The notes under the pieces were generated by a model. It saw only the letters and a list, made by a program, of their open reading frames with translations, ran no database searches and had not been told where the DNA came from. Below, in pieces: positions 61,503-64,000 of a stretch of 64,000 bases of DNA. The position numbers and the translations under genes were made by a program. Source of the stretch: the human T2T-CHM13v2.0 reference genome, Homo sapiens; NCBI RefSeq assembly GCF_009914755.1, contig NC_060927.1; one strand, given 5' to 3'. Each line of letters opens with the position of its first letter. The stretch's first letter is position 1.

Positions 61503-61997
61503 ACATGAATTTTAGGATCAATTTGCAATGTGCACCAAAAAAAAAATAGCTTAGATTTTGATAGGAATTTTGTTGAATCTATAGATAAACTTGGGAAGTA
61601 TCACCATCCTGACAATATTAAATCTTCTGATCTATAAAAATGGAATGACTTTTCACTTATTTAGGTCTTCTTTAATTTCCTTAACAATGCTTTATAGTTT
61701 TCAGAATAATTTTTGCATATCTTTTATTAAATTAATTCCTAAGTGTGTTGACCATGTAGATTTTTCACAGATGCTTGCCCTTCAAGCATTTTATAAATGA
61801 GGGTTGAATTTTATAAAATTCATTTCCTGAACATATTGGGAAGTTTTTGTATTTTATTCTGCTGAAATAGTGTACCAGTTGATACAAATTAATTGATTAA
61901 TACATTAATTGATTTTAGGGTATTCAAAAATTGCATATCTGGGATAAATCCCAGTTGGTCATGTATAATCCTTTTATGTTGCTGGATTTGGTTTTCT

Positions 61998-63782
61998 TTT
62001 TTTTCCTTTTTTTTTTTGCAGAGCCAGCTGAGGTTTTATTTTGCACCAAAAACAAACAAACAAACAAAAAAACAAAAAAACAAATTGAATTGTTTTGTAG
62101 TTGGAGGCATGGGCAAAGGGGTCCCCAGGGAGTAAACTACCCCCGAGGGTGGGCTGAGAGCTAGGGCTGAGCCTTAAGTGGGTCTCCTGTTCCCTGTGCT
62201 CCCCTGCACTCTGGGGCAGCTGCAGGAAGGGCAGGCTGGGAGGGACTGCTGCAGCTGTTCACTTGGGCAAAACGTCGGGGGACTCGGACACCAGCTTCCC
62301 ATCGCAGGTCTCGACCTTCTTCACAAGCACGGCCCTGGTGGAGCTGGTGCGGCTGAAGGAGCTGGAGCCCGCACCAGAGCCAAAGCTGGAGCCTGGCCCA
62401 TAGCCGAGGCTGGGGCTTGTGAAGCCCCCATAGGACGAGCTCAGGCCACCTACATAGCAGCTGGTGGTCTTAGTATGGATACTCATGTTCTGCATCCCAG
62501 ACTCCAGCCGGCTCTCCTCACCCTCCAGCAGCTTCTTGCAGGTGGTGATCTTGATGCCCAGGGCCAGCTTGACGTTCATCATCTCCTGGTACTCATGCAG
62601 CTGCTGCCCCATGTCCTGCTTGGCCCGCTGCAGGGCGGCTTCCAGCTCGGACAGCTTGGCGTTGGCATACTTAACTGCCAGCTCCCCAGGCTGCTCGGCA
62701 TCTGTGATGGAGGCCTCCAGGGAAGCCCTCTGGCCTTTGAGGCCCTCAATCTCAGCCTGGAGCTGGCTGATGTTCTGGTTCATCTTGAAGATCTCAGTCT
62801 TTGTATGCTGCAGATCATCCTGGTGCTTCCCAGCCAGCGTCTGCAGCTCCTCATACCTGATCCGGTGCATGCTCTAAGCCTCGGCCCGGATGCGGTTGGC
62901 GATCTCCTCCTACTGCGCCTTGATCTCAGCGATGACACTGTCCGTGTCTAGGGAGCGACAATTGTCCATGGACAGCACCACAGACGTGTCCGAGATCTGG
63001 GACTGCAACTGCGAGATCTCCTCTTCACACAGCTGCCTGAGGAAGTTGATCTCCTCAGTCAGCCCTTCCAGGTGAGACTCCAGCTCTACCTTGTTCATGT
63101 AAGTTTCATCCACTTCCTTCTTGTTGAGGAAAAATTCATTCTCCATCCTGTACGCTTATTGATCTCATCCTCATACTTGTTCTTGAAGTCCTCCACCGGC
63201 CCCTGCATGTTGCCAAGCTCCGCCTCCAGCTTCAGCTTCTCCTAGACCAGAGTCTCCAGCTGCCGCCTAAGGTTGTTGATGTAGCTCTCAAACATGTTGT
63301 CCATGTTGCTCCGAGCCGTCTTCAGCTGCCGCAGGAGGCTCCACTTGGTCTCCAGCATCTTGTTCTTCTGCTCCAGGAATCGTACCTTGTCGATGAAGGA
63401 GGCAAACTTGTTGAGGGTCTTGATCTGCTCCTTCTCCTGGGTGTGCACAACATGGATGTTGGGGTCCATCTCCAGGCTAAGGGGGCTTAGCAGGCTCTGG
63501 CTGACCGTGACGGTGGTGATGCCTCCCATGCTGCTGGCCCCAGCATAGCTTCTGCCCAGGCCACCCTGGGAGCTTCTGCTGCCCACTGGGGAGAAGCTCC
63601 AGGAGCTGATGTGGGCACCGGGCCCTCTCGTGTAGGAGTGGCTGCTGAAGGCTCGGGGGCCAGAGGTGGATACCTTGCAGGACTTCTGGGTCACCGCGTT
63701 GGACATGGTGGAGGCAGGAGTGGAGGCAGGCGGGCTGAACCAGGCAGAAACTCCAGAAGGAGCAGAGAACCTGCTTCTTGGT
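61998..63782 (-). pseudogene. KRT8P: Processed (intronless) keratin 8 pseudogene, full-length with 5'UTR, CDS 63706-62259 and 3'UTR
   Basis: Translations match KRT8 from MS…[17 protein letters not shown] to GKLVSES.DVLPK with no introns. AATAAA at 62040-62035, poly(A) at about 61998-62017, and TSD CTGG(A/G)TTTGGTTTTCT at 61982-61997 / 63783-63798. Premature TAG stops at about 63242, 62910 and 62874, a 1-nt deletion frameshift at about 63147, and a lost Asn codon (TLNK versus TLNNK). The pseudogene number cannot be determined. Confidence 0.97.
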
Positions 63783-63888
63783 CTGGGTTTGGTTTTCTAG
63801 TAATTTGTTGCGGACTTTTTTCTCTTTATTTATTAAAATTTTGTTCTCCAGTTTTCTTATAATTTGTCTTGTTTGATATTAAGATAAT

Positions 63889-63922
63889 AATTTTCTCATC
63901 CAACGAGTTGGATGAGAAAATT
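63889..63922. repeat. Perfect inverted repeat with 16-bp arms and a 2-nt spacer
   Basis: AATTTTCTCATCCAAC-GA-GTTGGATGAGAAAATT. Confidence 0.97.
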
Positions 63923-64000
63923 TTGTTTCTCATCTGAGTGTTTTGTTTTTTGCAAGAATAGGTGAAATATTGTTATTAACTCTTCTTGAAATGTTTGGAA

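Larger units (their letters stand above)
59520..64000 (-). mobile_element. L1MB-type element (3' end at about 59520) hosting MLT1A, MSTA and the KRT8 retrocopy
   Basis: atagctttattgaaacataattta 3' terminus. Collinear antisense ORF2 resumes after each insert and after 63798. Confidence 0.8.

Noticed and set aside
62259-62870. 203-aa keratin-like ORF as a functional CDS
   Set aside because: It is the C-terminal remnant of the processed pseudogene, downstream of three stops and a frameshift.
62178-62951. 257-aa plus-strand ORF and other plus-strand ORFs over the pseudogene
   Set aside because: Antisense shadow frames of GC-rich keratin coding sequence. The 257-aa frame begins at a GTG, not an ATG, and has no independent gene signals.

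Overview
This is AT-rich, CpG-depleted primate (human-like) non-coding DNA, made mostly of nested interspersed repeats. I found no intact protein-coding gene, RNA gene or CRISPR array. Most entries in the ORF track are broken LINE-1 ORF1/ORF2 pieces, Alu or LTR shadow frames, or chance ORFs. The main landmarks are: (1) a full-length, disabled processed KRT8 pseudogene on the minus strand (about 61998-63782) with a poly(A) tail and a 16-bp TSD; (2) a near full-length minus-strand L1PA (about 13716-20830) whose 5'UTR is interrupted by a MER11D-like solo LTR with a perfect 6-bp TSD; (3) a complete THE1 MaLR element with a 5-bp TSD (27066-29427); (4) many older L1, L2, MIR, MaLR and ERV LTRs, DNA transposons and Alus. 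I see no support for a new multi-gene biological system. The best second-look items are small. They are a candidate bZIP enhancer (CRE plus C/EBP-like sites) at about 31530-31590, a perfect 16-bp-arm palindrome at 63889-63922, the LTR-in-L1-promoter chimera, a degenerate ~58-bp monomer array, several template-switch-type duplications, and weak candidate non-coding exons. Repeat subfamily names come from my recall of consensus sequences and need RepeatMasker/Dfam confirmation. Boundaries without a stated TSD are approximate.
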